DNA of 63,447 bases, counting the filler, from Octopus bimaculoides (taxonomy: Eukaryota), in the NCBI RefSeq assembly GCF_001194135.2. It is 6 parts of 6 records of this genome, joined end to end, with 100 filler letters (N's around TTAATTAATTAA, not from the genome) between each part and the next. Parts side by side here need not be neighbours in the genome. Positions count along the whole stretch, not along the records: positions 28,810 to 35,325 come from NC_068995.1; positions 35,426 to 40,755 come from NC_068981.1; positions 40,856 to 59,555 come from NC_068991.1; 3 more parts are not named here. One strand, written 5' to 3'. Under the pieces are notes generated by a model. The model was not told the origin of the DNA, searched no databases, and saw only the letters and a program-made list of their open reading frames with translations. Position 1 is the stretch's first letter. Every line of letters starts with the position of its first letter. Shown piece by piece: positions 34,971 through 48,005 of the stretch. The position numbers and the translations under genes were made by a program.

Positions 34971-35053
34971 AGTTGTCAGCTGTCTATCTACTCCCAATTT
35001 CGAGCATTCAACGACAATGCTCGAAATGACGAGTAGATAGACAGCCAACAACT
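34971..35053. other. Long near-perfect hairpin
   Basis: 15-bp (34979-93/35031-45) and 12-bp (34997-35008/35016-27) perfect stems, a 3x3 internal loop and a 7-nt terminal loop. Confidence 0.85.
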
Positions 35054-35184
35054 AATGAAGTGTCTTCCTTGTGTTACTTGCCCTGTTTTCCATTTTATCT
35101 CTCCCGTTGTTTGCGTATTAAACTCGTTTGTTTTCGTACTTCATGTTGTTTACACAGTTGGTGACGTCTTGTACCTATAAATGC

Positions 35185-35258
<74 letters not shown>

Positions 35259-35434
35259 CAAACAGACAGACAGACAGAGAGAAATAAGTTCAAGTAGAAC
35301 AAATCATACTTTGTGGGTGGAGGTCNNNNNNNNNNNNNNNNNNNNNNNNNNNNNNNNNNNNNNNNNNNNTTAATTAATTAANNNNNNNNNNNNNNNNNNN
35401 NNNNNNNNNNNNNNNNNNNNNNNNNTCTTAAACA

Positions 35435-35578
35435 TTCACTTGAACAAAACTGTACAAATCCAAATATATGGTACCCTAGGCATAACACCTACATGAACTT
35501 CTAACTTGTTGTCTCTTGAGGTCTCTGGGTGAGACTTGGATCCAACTTGTACAAATGCAAAACAAAAGTCAAACATAA

Positions 35579-35671
<93 letters not shown>

Positions 35672-35823
35672 TGACATTACTTGGAACTGCACGCATATTG
35701 CGTAAAGTACTGTTTGTCTGAGGTCCTTGTTTTTACTTGACAAACAGTACAAACCCCTGGTAGACATAATATCTTCAATCAACATCACGATATTGTATAC
35801 TGTGCAACGTCTATAATAAAAAT

Positions 35824-35880
<57 letters not shown>
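35435..35880 (+). mobile_element. Two tandem LINE 3' ends, each followed by (AAT)n
   Basis: 35671-35721 encodes LTLLGTARILRKVLFV*, similar to the 43512 copy C-terminus (LLETARILREVLGI*). It is preceded and followed by (AAT)n. 35435-35580 is another 3'UTR-like piece ending in (AAT)n. Confidence 0.75.
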
Positions 35881-35920
<40 letters not shown>

Positions 35921-36174
35921 GCGATGGTGATGATGATGATGATAAATTCTACAACAACCACAGCTCAATGAATATCTATTCTTTGAATGAGTCATCCGAT
36001 GCTGTATGGTCGTGCATAAGCGAGAACGCTGAAGACAGATTTTCCCAGATTTGACAGGAATAAAACGGTGGGATAAATACAAAGCACAGATGTAAAGGCA
36101 AGAGACCAACAACAGGTAGATAGATGTTTGGGACCCACAAACAGGGGGAGTAATGGAACTGGATGGAGAAGAAG

Positions 36175-36239
<65 letters not shown>

Positions 36240-36409
36240 TGGAGGACAGGACATGAAGTATGAGAAATTGGAGTTAGAGTCGATGAGAGGTAAATATCTG
36301 TTGAACCGTACGAATGGAATACAGACGTATGCATAATGGTTAGCAGAGAGAAAGAGAGAGAGAGGGGGAGGTAGAGAGAGATTAGAAGGGAGAAAAAGAG
36401 AGAGAGAGT

Positions 36410-36760
36410 TTGATTCGTTGAGTGATTGCGTTAGTGAGTGATTGAGTGAATGATTGATTAACTGAGTGAGTGAGTGACTGGTTGACAGAGTGATTGAGTG
36501 AATGGGTGAATGAGTGATTGAGGGAGTGAATGATTCAGTGAGTGGGCGAGTGAGTCATTGAGTGAGTGAGTGAGTGAGTGAGTGAGTGAGTCATTGAGTG
36601 AGTGAGTGAGTGAGTGAGTGAGTGAGTGAGTGAGTGAGTGAGTGAGTGAGTGAGTGAGTGATTAACTGAGTGAGTGAGTGACTGGCTGACTGAGTGATTG
36701 AGTGAATGGGTGAATGAGTGATTGAGGGAGTGAATGATTCAGTGAGTGGGCGACTGAGTG
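36410..36760. repeat. (GAGT)n-based complex microsatellite with a ~200-bp internal duplication
   Basis: GATTAACTGAGTGAGTGAGTGACTGG...TGATTCAGTGAGTGGGCGA occurs at about 36455 and 36660. Confidence 0.85.
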
Positions 36761-37229
36761 NNNNNNNNNNNNNNNNNNNNNNNNNNNNNNNNNNNNNNNN
36801 NNNNNNNNNNNNNNNNNNNNNNNNNNNNNNNNNNNNNNNNNNNNNNNNNNNNNNNNNNNNNNNNNNNNNNNNNNNNNNNNNNNNNNNNNNNNNNNNNNNN
36901 NNNNNNNNNNNNNNNNNNNNNNNNNNNNNNNNNNNNNNNNNNNNNNNNNNNNNNNNNNNNNNNNNNNNNNNNNNNNNNNNNNNNNNNNNNNNNNNNNNNN
37001 NNNNNNNNNNNNNNNNNNNNNNNNNNNNNNNNNNNNNNNNNNNNNNNNNNNNNNNNNNNNNNNNNNNNNNNNNNNNNNNNNNNNNNNNNNNNNNNNNNNN
37101 NNNNNNNNNNNNNNNNNNNNNNNNNNNNNNNNNNNNNNNNNNNNNNNNNNNNNNNNNNNNNNNNNNNNNNNNNNNNNNNNNNNNNNNNNNNNNNNNNNNN
37201 NNNNNNNNNNNNNNNNNNNNNNNNTGGTG

Positions 37230-38380
37230 GTGCTGATGATAATGACTTAAGGACGGAGTTGTTCCTTAAGTTCTGGGGTCGATGTGTCTCCACTATTCCC
37301 AGTTTAAAGTCACTTTTTCAAGGTTTTGTCTCATATAGGCTTTCATTGTTCCCAAGGCTCCACAAAAACAATCGACCAGATTATGACATTCCAGTAGTTA
37401 AGGATTTCATATTTTACTTCAGCATACTACTCTACTTTCCTTTTCTCCTTTTTACTATGGTGTTAGACAGGTATGTAGCGTCAATAAAATATAGTTTCTT
37501 CTCCTTACTGGCTACTACAATACCCACCTTGTTTTGTTTTATCTTTCTTGTGGTTTGCATAGAAACATTTCCACAAGCAACCTCACTTCATCTCTTTCAG
37601 AGACTCATTTCTTTTCTCACAAAAGATTTATCTTTCTGTCTGTGCATGTAGAACCAAGATTTTTGATGATATAACAATTTTATAATGCCTTACCATTTTA
37701 TACACATTCTGAGTTAATTGTAAGCCTTCCTATGAAATGTGAGTTTATGCTCCGTCTGAATCGTCTCACATTCTGCAATTGAGTGTACCATTGTTTTCAT
37801 CTACTGGCCTCTTCATCCAGTTTATCCTTAGGACCTCTTCCTATGCAGCCAGAGCATTCCCTCCGTTTCTTTCTTCTTCGCCCCTTTTTTTAACCATAAG
37901 CACTTGTCATTTTCACTGCGGATTTTTTTTTTTTGTTCTCTTGAAAAGGTTATTTGAAAATTATTCCTCCTTTCTTTTTTCCCATATTTTCTAGCTTTCT
38001 CTTTGTGGGTCCTAGAGATGTTATAATTAATCTTTCTCTTCTTACCTTAAGAATTGTCTATTCCTCTTGTAGATAGAAATCTAGAATTGTCTTCTATAAT
38101 TCCGGTGTCACCTCACAAAATCATCACCTTTTGTGCATTGTGGAATGCTTCTTAAGATGTATATCAATGTCTTTCAGCTCATCATTTCTCCATTCAATTA
38201 TTCCTTCTTCACTCGTTATTAGAGACTGCTCTCAGGTTGTTTGGATGCTGTTTCCCGTACTCAATTTGGATTTTAGTATCATCTTCATTCTCCAAAAATA
38301 TTTACTGAGAGTTTACTTCCTTCTTACACTTTTGATGTTTTCACATTCTAATATTCCCGATATTTTTTTCTGCATTTAAT
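37230..38380 (-). mobile_element. Old R4/Dong-like LINE 3' half
   Basis: Minus-strand remnants RMKMILKSKLSTGN..GIIEWRNDELKDID, ALAA*EEVLRINWMK, HSIAECETIQTEHK, MQTTRKIKQNKVGIVV. Confidence 0.7.
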
Positions 38381-39797
38381 GATTTTATTTACTCGTCATT
38401 GATTAAACTTATTCGAACGCTTTTTAAGTGTTTTCTACACTCCATCTGTATCGCTGCACATTTTTAGCTCGCGAAAGTCATTCCAACGTCGTTTTTCAAT
38501 TTTCTTACTATGCTCTTGATTTGATTTGGCTCTTGAATTTGCTATAGAGCTTTAAATCATTCATAAATAAAGAGTCAAGTAAATTACAAAAATGACAGAA
38601 GAAAGAGCTTGATTAGATAATATTCATCACGTAAGGTAACAAAAAGATAGGAAGACGGTCGTAAAGCTGAAGCAGAGACTAAAAGAAAAAGATAACAAAA
38701 TTATGAAATACGATGTTAGCAGTTGTTGATGGATACAAGAGATCAACCCTAAAAACTAGTTTCATGAGCAACCGTTTTTATTCCACCACTTCAACAATCA
38801 CGTTCTGCCTATGTAATTAGCAGGTGCAAAATATATAACATATTTTACCAGGTTGCAAAACGTTTACTCAGTGATGTCATGATAAACTGTCTCAATTTTG
38901 CTGGTCACTTTGCAAAGAACATGATGAATTGATACAATCATTTACCAGAAAATGTTTCATGGGATGTTGACATCTGGACAAACAGAGGAATTCAACACTG
39001 AAGGCCAGATATTATTCTATATGTTATAAATTCAAAAGATATACCCCATAATATTTGTAATTTCTTTAAAAATGACATTGCAGGTAAAGATGAAGAAAAG
39101 ATTTCAAAATAAGCAAATATCAAAAATGTAGGAATGACCGAGAGCAACAGTGACAGTTTCAGCAGTTCCAATATGAGCATTGGTTTCAATCCCAAAACAT
39201 CTCTCATACTAACTGGAAAGACCGGACGTCAAGACAGATATGAGAATACTCGAATAAGATTGCGTTCCTATAAAGGAACTTTCTGTCAAAGTATCTTTAA
39301 AGAATGTATACGCTGATTATATTAATACAGCAAATGATAATGCTTTTCACTCGCTGCAAGTCTATAGCCACATAACTTATACGGCCCATTTAGACAGGCC
39401 AATTTGCTACTTCACTAATTGCATAACAAAATTCGTTGACCGACGGTCAATTGTATGGTCATTTAAATCTGTCCCTGAAAATTATATCAGGGACGTTCAG
39501 ATCATAATTTTCTCCCCATCAAAATGTTTTATTCGAACATATCTGTTGAGGTGCTTTGTGGATTTAACTTATTTTATTCTGTACTACCACGAATAACTTC
39601 TGAACAAAATGGGTGCAAAACTTATTTCAAATGCCTCTTAATTCTCCGTTTTATCAAATCTAAAGACTGTGATTCCAGAATATTAATAGATTTGTAGAAG
39701 GGAATATACTTTCAATAAAACAATATTCCTGTATTTTTAGCAGTCTCTTCTATTTACATATCCAATACACATAATTTCCTAACATATTTTCTCAAAA

Positions 39798-40013
39798 TGG
39801 CGGTGAGCTGGCAGAAAAGTTAGCACGCCGGGTGAAATGCTTAGCGGTATTTCGCCTGTCTTTACGCTGTGGGTTCAAATCCTGCCGAGGTGGACTTTGG
39901 CTTTCATCCTTTCGGGGCCGATAAATTAAGTACCAGTTGCATACTGAGGTCGATCTAATCAACTGCCCCCCTCCCCCAAAATATCAGGCCTTGTGTCTGG
40001 AGTAGAAAAGAAT
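39798..40013 (+). mobile_element. SINE family B, full length, 14-bp TSD
   Basis: ATATTTTCTCAAAA at 39784-39797 and 40014-40027. Confidence 0.92.
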
Positions 40014-40685
40014 ATATTTTCTCAAAAACTATAGAAATATTTAAACAATCACCTCTTGGTATGACAACGATAAAATAACTGGATTTGGGACATTTTCAAG
40101 ATCCACGAGAAAACAAGTGAATTTGAACCATCGAGAGAAAAGCCGTTAACTTGTTTGCGCTGAATGCCCTAATTAAGGTAAGTGAAACATGACGAGTGAT
40201 AAAAACGGTTTCTCACATACTTTGTGGCCTGCAAAATTGTCTCATACGGTTCCGAGTCGACGATTTAAATTACTTTACTACTATTATCAAAAGGTCAAAC
40301 AGAAACATATAATTCTATTTTAACTGCTATTTAATGATGTCTATGAGCCATGGTTCCGAAATATCAATGTTTTGAAGTGAATTTCATTTACGCCTCAGCT
40401 TTTAAAGGTTTCTACTCACTTTCGAAATATGCACAAACGCGCTCGCACGCAGACTTCGATCGCACGAACGCACCTTTGTAAAATACTGCAAACTCCATCC
40501 GTTGTTATTTTGTTGTTACATAACATATATTGAACATTGTCGCATCGAATGAAAAAAACATGTGTAGTGACGGAAAAGTAATTGAATAGTGACTGCAGTG
40601 ATGAAATTCATAGCCAAAAATATTTGGTGAAAATTCTCAAATTCTTAATGAGTATATCCCTAGTGTCGGAAACACCAAAAAGAAT

Positions 40686-40755
<70 letters not shown>

Positions 40756-40855
40756 NNNNNNNNNNNNNNNNNNNNNNNNNNNNNNNNNNNNNNNNNNNNT
40801 TAATTAATTAANNNNNNNNNNNNNNNNNNNNNNNNNNNNNNNNNNNNNNNNNNNN

Positions 40856-40928
<73 letters not shown>

Positions 40929-42173
40929 TTTGTAGCAATCTGTGTCATTTAATACATCTTAATGGTTCTCTTTTCTCCGATTTTTCTATTCAAAGCGCCA
41001 AAATTTTAATTCACTGTCAGTTCTACTCTGTCAGAATCATACAGAAATCCATTGAGAAAATCTTTCTTTTCCCCCTTTTCGCCAATATTTCACCAACCAT
41101 CATATACATAAAGTGAAACAGAACGTTAAACGAAATTTAATAGTTGAGTAGTTTAGCAGCTGCGATTACAGGTTAGTTATTCATTACAATAGAATAAAAG
41201 CAAAATGTGTGTTCACGGTGCCAAAAGGTCACGGTGCCAAAATCTCGAATTTCAAATAAGTCAGTGTCGAGTCAGCGAGGCGAAATAGGCGCGGCCAAAA
41301 CCGTTGTGCCACAACGTCTCATACCTATTAGAAGCCACTTGATCAAGGTGCCATGCAGTGAGCCAAACCTGAAGGCACGTGGTTGCAGAGGAAACTTCAC
41401 CATATAACAACCATACCTGCTCCCTACACTAAAATTTGAGAAATTAAATTCACTTAGTGAGTTAGAATACAAAGCATCTATAAATCTCACAAATTCCTGC
41501 AAAGTTATGAAGTTACAATGCTCACGTAAATCATTCATAATAATTGTAACCTGAGTATAAATTGAATATTCCATCCGCGCAGTCATTTGAAACTTCTTTT
41601 AAAAGCATCTACACAGTTTCATAATTTAATCTTAAAACCGACAGATTTTTTTTGAAAAACAAAATTATACCAAAGTTTATTTTATTTATCCACATTTCTG
41701 TACAAAAATGAGTTAAATCATAATTGTTCAACTAAACTTTAAGATACACGGATGGTGTAGGCGAACTTTATTTTTGCAGCTGATTTTTAATAAAAGGCAA
41801 AAAAGAAAAAAAAAACCCTGAAGTAACTAGTCAGAAAATCTCGAAGAGATGAAAGCAGCAACTATACTGAGAAGTAATGTTTATCACCACATCAATATGG
41901 CTGTTCGACGTTACTATCGCGTTTAACAGCTGGAAGAGCCTCCGCCAGCGGGTTATCGATGCAATCTGCACCCGGTATATATTGCAAGCAATATTGATAT
42001 GGCGAGAAAAAAGAAAAAAGAATTTCATCAAAAGCCGTCGTTAATGTTTTACGGTGGCGTGGGTGGCGGGAACTGACTCCAATTTTTACAACAGTTAGTA
42101 AACAGAGAAAATTATTTGATTCCAATCGCCTTTTTTTAATCCTGTGCAAGCAATGTCTGATGATATCAAAATA

Positions 42174-42605
42174 GATTATCTTAATATATTCTTTATACTA
42201 ATTAAACTTATTATTGTTACTACGAGTGGAAGGACTTACGCAATTCTGAGCTTATAGACACAAGATGATATCAACGATGTAACCACCCTGTTCGTCTGCG
42301 CATTTCCGTTCCTACGACCGCCTCCGCCTGCCAGCACACTCAGGAAGTTTGCCGTACATTGTTACCTCCTTGACTGACGTCGTCTCCGGAACTTCGATGC
42401 GTAATTCGAACGCTGAACTCCTAATGAAACTTGTACTCGTGCCCGAAGTACTGCTCTCCGTTTTTTTAATTCTATGCAGACAATAGATATTCTTAATATA
42501 ATTTTTGTACTTAATCTAATTTTTATACTAATTAAACTAAATTATAATTACTATGAGTGGAAGGACTGACGCAATTGTGGTCTATAGACGCAAAAACTTA
42601 ACAAT
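42174..42605 (-). repeat. Duplicated ~100-bp intron-like module
   Basis: TTTATACTAATTAAACT..TTACTA.GAGTGGAAGGACT.ACGCAATT..TATAGAC.CAA at about 42174-42280 and 42484-42605. On the minus strand each copy contains GC|GT(A/C)AGT. Confidence 0.7.
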
Positions 42606-42759
42606 TCCGATAATCAAATTGCTGGCGAATGTAATGTAGGCTCTGCTTGCCACTGCTAGCGTGCTGAACACCAGACCATATCGGATGTTATAATTCGGCG
42701 ACTTCCGCACCCGAAACAGAGAACGAAGACAACCCAGCTACATTGTTGTTATTATCAGA

Positions 42760-42940
42760 GACGCATGGAATTGAAGACCTACGAAAACTAATGTGCGACC
42801 AGAGATTCCTGGCACTGCGAGGTGAAACGCATTTCGGTTGCGACCACTTGAAGAAGAAGAAGAAGAAGAAGAAGAAGAAGAAGAAGAAGAAGAAGAAGAA
42901 GAAGAAGAAGAAGAAGAAGAAGAAGAAGAAGAAGAAGAAG
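42760..42940 (+). mobile_element. Possible RTE-like LINE 3' end with (GAA)n tail
   Basis: GIEDLRKLMCDQRFLAL followed by a short UTR and (GAA)n. The family call is from weak motif recall. Confidence 0.4.
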
Positions 42941-43511
42941 AACGTTGCCCTTCATTTTTACTAACTTACTTAGTCATGAGTACTGAGGCTCAATAAAATG
43001 AGTACTAGCCGGAGGGCCGTTGAAGGCGATGTGTACGGGCCCTCATAGGGACTAATTGTTTTAAAATGCACTGAGTTGTAGATAATGTCGACTGTTATAA
43101 TGCTCAAAGCACGTGATGTTCCATTTGGAGTTGATATAATCCTGTATGTTCTCAGTCCCTCATGTTGAATTAACATATACATGTTGTACCTATATGATGC
43201 ATGTATATATGTCTTGACCTGTGTATGTGTACACATACATATGTTTGTATATTTAAACGTTCCGATGTGTGTGTATACAACAGACTAAACTTCTGGAATG
43301 TTTTACGTATTTTTAACAGATCCAATAATGGCTTTTAATTACCATTTTCTAATTAGTTGGATGTTTCTTGTTTACATGTATCAATCTGAAGTTATTGTTC
43401 GGACAGATTCAACACGCTTACCACGCTAATGGTAAGCAAGTGGTTGGTCTGTAATTGCTAGCTGTATTACCCTGGCTTTTTTCTTTCATAAGGAGTACTG
43501 TTCTCCCTCTA

Positions 43512-45310
43512 GGCATCCACGGATAGATTATAAGAAAGCCTATAACATGATTCCACACTCATGAATAAGTGAATGTTTGAGTATATTCAGTGTTGCAGAG
43601 AACGTAAGAGAATTAATTGGCTTTAGCATGAAGAAACGGGAAGTAAATCTCTACTCAGGTGGCACAGCCTTAGGGAAACCTAATATCAAAAGGGGAATTT
43701 TCCAAGGAGATTCGTTATCCTCTTTAATATTTGTCTTATGTTTAATCCCCTTCGGTTTAGTATTAGGGAAGGCAAAGGGAAGGTATCAGTTCAGAAATAG
43801 TAAAGGACAAACTAACCACTTGCTCTACATGGATGATCTGAAGCTTTTTAGTAAGAATGAAAAAGAAATAGATTCCTTAATACAAACTGTAGAAATCTTC
43901 AGCAAAGATATAGGTATGGAATTTGGCATAGATAAGTGTGCAATATAAGTCGTGAAAAGGGAACGGGTAGTCAACAGTCAACAGCTAGACATTAAAATCA
44001 CTGAAAGCAGGAAAGAGTTATGGAGCATCTAGTAGTATTAGAATCTGACAGAGTACAAACTATAGAAATGAAAACGAAAACTGAGGAAGCTAATGAAGGG
44101 TGAGGAAGCTAATGAAGTCAAAGCTAAATGGTCCGAATCTAGTGAAGACTGTAAATACTTGGGAAGTGTCGTTACTTAAATACGCAGCAGCTTTTGTAGA
44201 TTGGACAAAATCTGAATTAGCACATTCAGACAGAAGAACTAAGAAGGAATTCAATATGTATGAAGGACATCATCCAAGAGCAGGAGTAGCAAGATTATAC
44301 TTACCTAGAAAGGAAGGTGGAAGAGGATTAATATCAGTAGAACTGCTTGGAGGTAGCTAGAGCAGGTATAGCCTCCTATGTAGGTAATAGTGAAGAAAGT
44401 TTATTAAAAGCTGCTACAGTCACAGTAAGACATAGGGAAACCAAAAGGCCAAATGTAGTTAAAAACCAGAAAAAAGAAGAAAGATTATCTAACTGGCAAG
44501 AGAAGGTTTTGCATGGTAGATTCCCAAAGATAATTGCAAGAAATAGGAGTAGTGAGACATGGTTATGGTTGCAGAAAGTGAGGCTGAATAGGGAGTCAGA
44601 AAGCTTGTTAGTAGCAACACAAGATCAAGCATTAAGGACTAATTGGATAACAGCCAAGATAGACAAAAACCAGGGAGATTCCCAATGTAGGTTATGTAAA
44701 TCAAAAGATGAAATTGTTACTCATATAGAAAGTGAATGTAGCATGCTGGCACAGAAAGAATAGAAGAAAAATCATGACAACCTAGGGAGAGTAATCCACT
44801 GGGAGTTATGTAGAAAGCTAAGATCTGATTATATTGACAAATGAACACGAACCTAGTAAAGTACTAGAAAGAAAGAAATATAAGATGTAGTGGGACTTCA
44901 ATATTCAGACGGACATACTAATAGAAGCTAGAAGGCCTGATTTAGTAGTAGATAAAGAGAAGAGAAAATGCCAGATAATTGACTATACAATCCCAAATGA
45001 TGAGAAAGTTAATACGAGAGGTATAGAGAAAATAACAAAGTACCAGGACCTAGCCATTGAGTTACAGAGACTATAGAAATCGCAGGTAAAATGTATCCCA
45101 GTAGTTACAGGTGCATTAAGAACTATCCCTAAAGATTTGAACAGATGGATAGACGAAATTGGCATAAAATCCAGTTTAGTATAGCTCCAGAAAACAGTGT
45201 TATTAGAGACAGCTAGAATACTTAGGGAGGTTCTTGGCATCTAAGGTTATTTGTTGTAATCCGGTATCAGGAATTTTTTTCCAACAGTCTAATCTGTTGT
45301 GCGTATGTGA

Positions 45311-45347
<37 letters not shown>

Positions 45348-45348
45348 N
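43512..45348 (+). mobile_element. 5'-truncated R4/Dong-like LINE (RT, CCHC, RLE) with (AAT)n tail
   Basis: IDYKKAY, GIFQGDSLS, LYMDDLKLF, HPRAGVARLYLPRKEGGRG, CRLCKSKDEIVTHIESEC, WDF.IQTD..EARRPDLV, LLETARILREVLGI*, then (AAT)n 45311-45348. Confidence 0.93.
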
Positions 45349-45550
45349 NNNNNNNNNNNNNNNNNNNNNNNNNNNNNNNNNNNNNNNNNNNNNNNNNNNN
45401 NNNNNNNNNNNNNNNNNNNNNNNNNNNNNNNNNNNNNNNNNNNNNNNCAGCATGGCCACAGTCAAATGACTGAAACAAGTAAAAGAGTATATGTGTGCTG
45501 ATACGTACATACATATATACATACGTACGCACGCGAAAACACACACACTT

Positions 45551-45582
<32 letters not shown>

Positions 45583-45790
45583 GCACATACAAACACACAC
45601 ACACACATACACACACACACATAAATTTATATATTCACACATATATGACATAATTTGACCAAGTTGATATTTTAATTCCATAACTGGTGCCTGTCTCAGT
45701 AACGGAGATATCTCTGAAAGATAGAACCAGAAGAATATGTATGCATACATACATATATACATAAATACATACATACATACATACATACTG

Positions 45791-45985
45791 TTTTACTCTT
45801 TTACTCTTTTACTTTCAGTCATTTGACTGTGGCCATGCTGGAACACCGCCTTTAGTCGAGCAAATCGACCCCAGGACTTATTCTTTGTAAGCCTAGTACT
45901 TATTCTATCGGCTTCTTTTGCCGAACCGCTAAGTTACGGGGACGTAAACACACCAGCATCGGTTGTCAAGCGATGCTGGTGTGTG
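45791..45985 (-). mobile_element. SINE family A 3' half
   Basis: (TTTTACTC)n tail, GTGGCCATGCTGGAACACCGCC...CGGTTGTCAAGCGATG. Confidence 0.88.
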
Positions 45986-48005
45986 TATGCGCAACAAAAC
46001 TACCATAAACCAAAAAACGAAGAATGGCTAAACAAGTTCAACCTTACGAGAACTGTAATTTCAATGAATAAACATTTAGAACCACGAGAAAACAAGATAC
46101 AAAAGCTTCACGGTGGAGATGAACATCAAACGAATACACCCATCATCTGCTTCCTAACAAATATCATTATGGTTTCAACACCTGGGCAGTAACATTCAAT
46201 TCGGCGGTATCAATAGTGTTAGCAGACAAGAAGCAGGAGTGAAATATTGGTGCAATATGTCTGTTACATCTACGCCAGCTTATTTTTTACAAATACAGTC
46301 ATCAAAACTCAAATATAAATCATTATGTACCTATAGTTACGAAGCACAGAAAAAAAAAACGGAAGTAGAAAAATATATCCTCAAAATTAATATTAATACA
46401 CCAAGAATAATAGATCTTAAAAACATGGAACTTTAAAAACGGACTAGCAAACTAAAAGCATTGTACGAAAGTTATTCAGCATAGTTGAAAACACACGTTG
46501 CCAATACATAAAACAGAAAATGATAACAAAAGAAATAATCAATCTAGAACTGCAAACATATAGATTAATTAAATAATATAAACCAGTAGACGTTGTTGCC
46601 CCATAATCTATAACATATATTTAAAACACAGAGACGTAATTAAAACGAACCAAACGTAAACTAGCGGGATAAGATATCCCCTTAATTATCGGGCTTCAAG
46701 AGAATACGCACACGATTTTTCTGAGGAGTGGTGAACAAACTGTAAAAACGTACTGTGATGATCTCTCAGCTCTTCTTCTTCACATCAACAAAATAGGAAA
46801 GAACTTACATTCTTAAATATCTCTCACAGCTAGGCTCGCTAATATTAAAATTTATCTGTCCTTTTGATTCACGCTATGTTGTGCAACAATATATGTATAT
46901 ATATTCATGCATGCATGCATGTATGTATATATGTATGCATACACACATGTATGTATGCTTGCATGCATTTCTGTATGTATGTATGCATGTATGTATACAT
47001 ATATATATATATATATATATATNNNNNNNNNNNNNNNNNNNNNNNNNNNNNNNNNNNNNNNNNNNNNNNNNNNNNNNNNNNNNNNNNNNNNNNNNNNNNN
47101 NNNNNNNNNNNNNNNNNNNNNNNNNNNNNNNNNNNNNNNNNNNNNNNNNNNNNNNNNNNNNNNNNNNNNNNNNNNNNNNNNNNNNNNNNNNNNNNNNNNN
47201 NNNNNNNNNNNNNNNNNNNNNNNNNNNNNNNNNNNNNNNNNNNNNNNNNNNNNNNNNNNNNNNNNNNNNNNNNNNNNNNNNNNNNNNNNNNNNNNNNNNN
47301 NNNNNNNNNNNNNNNNNNNNNNNNNNNNNNNNNNNNNNNNNNNNNNNNNNNNNNNNNNNNNNNNNNNNNNNNNNNNNNNNNNNNNNNNNNNNNNNNNNNN
47401 NNNNNNNNNNNNNNNNNNNNNNNNNNNNNNNNNNNNNNNNNNNNNNNNNNNNNNNNNNNNNNNNNNNNNNNNNNNNNNNNNNNNNNNNNNNNNNNNNNNN
47501 NNNNNNNNNNNNNNNNNNNNNNNNNNNNNNNNNNNNNNNNNNNNNNNNNNNNNNNNNNNNNNNNNNNNNNNNNNNNNNNNNNNNNNNNNNNNNNNNNNNN
47601 NNNNNNNNNNNNNNNNNNNNNNNNNNNNNNNNNNNNNNNNNNNNNNNNNNNNNNNNNNNNNNNNNNNNNNNNNNNNNNNNNNNNNNNNNNNNNNNNNNNN
47701 NNNNNNNNNNNNNNNNNNNNNNNNNNNNNNNNNNNNNNNNNNNNNNNNNNNNNNNNNNNNNNNNNNNNNNNNNNNNNNNNNNNNNNNNNNNNNNNNNNNN
47801 NNNNNNNNNNNNNNNNNNNNNNNNNNNNNNNNNNNNNNNNNNNNNNNNNNNNNNNNNNNNNNNNNNNNNNNNNNNNNNNNNNNNNNNNNNNNNNNNNNNN
47901 NNNNNNNNNNNNNNNNNNNNNNNNNNNNNNNNNNNNNNNNNNNNNNNNNNNNNNNNNNNNNNNNNNNNNNNNNNNNNNNNNNNNNNNNNNNNNNNNNNNN
48001 NNNNN

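Noticed and set aside
38990-39320. Short ORFs 38992-39207 and 39134-39316
   Set aside because: No recognisable homology, no convincing splice pair, and length within chance expectation.
41210-41240. TCACGGTGCCAAAA repeated twice
   Set aside because: Too short to tell a regulatory doublet from a MITE subterminal repeat; no partner end found.
46000-46800. A-rich region with YCDDL (RT-like YADD) near 46750
   Set aside because: Only a single short motif; too decayed to assign to a LINE clade by eye.
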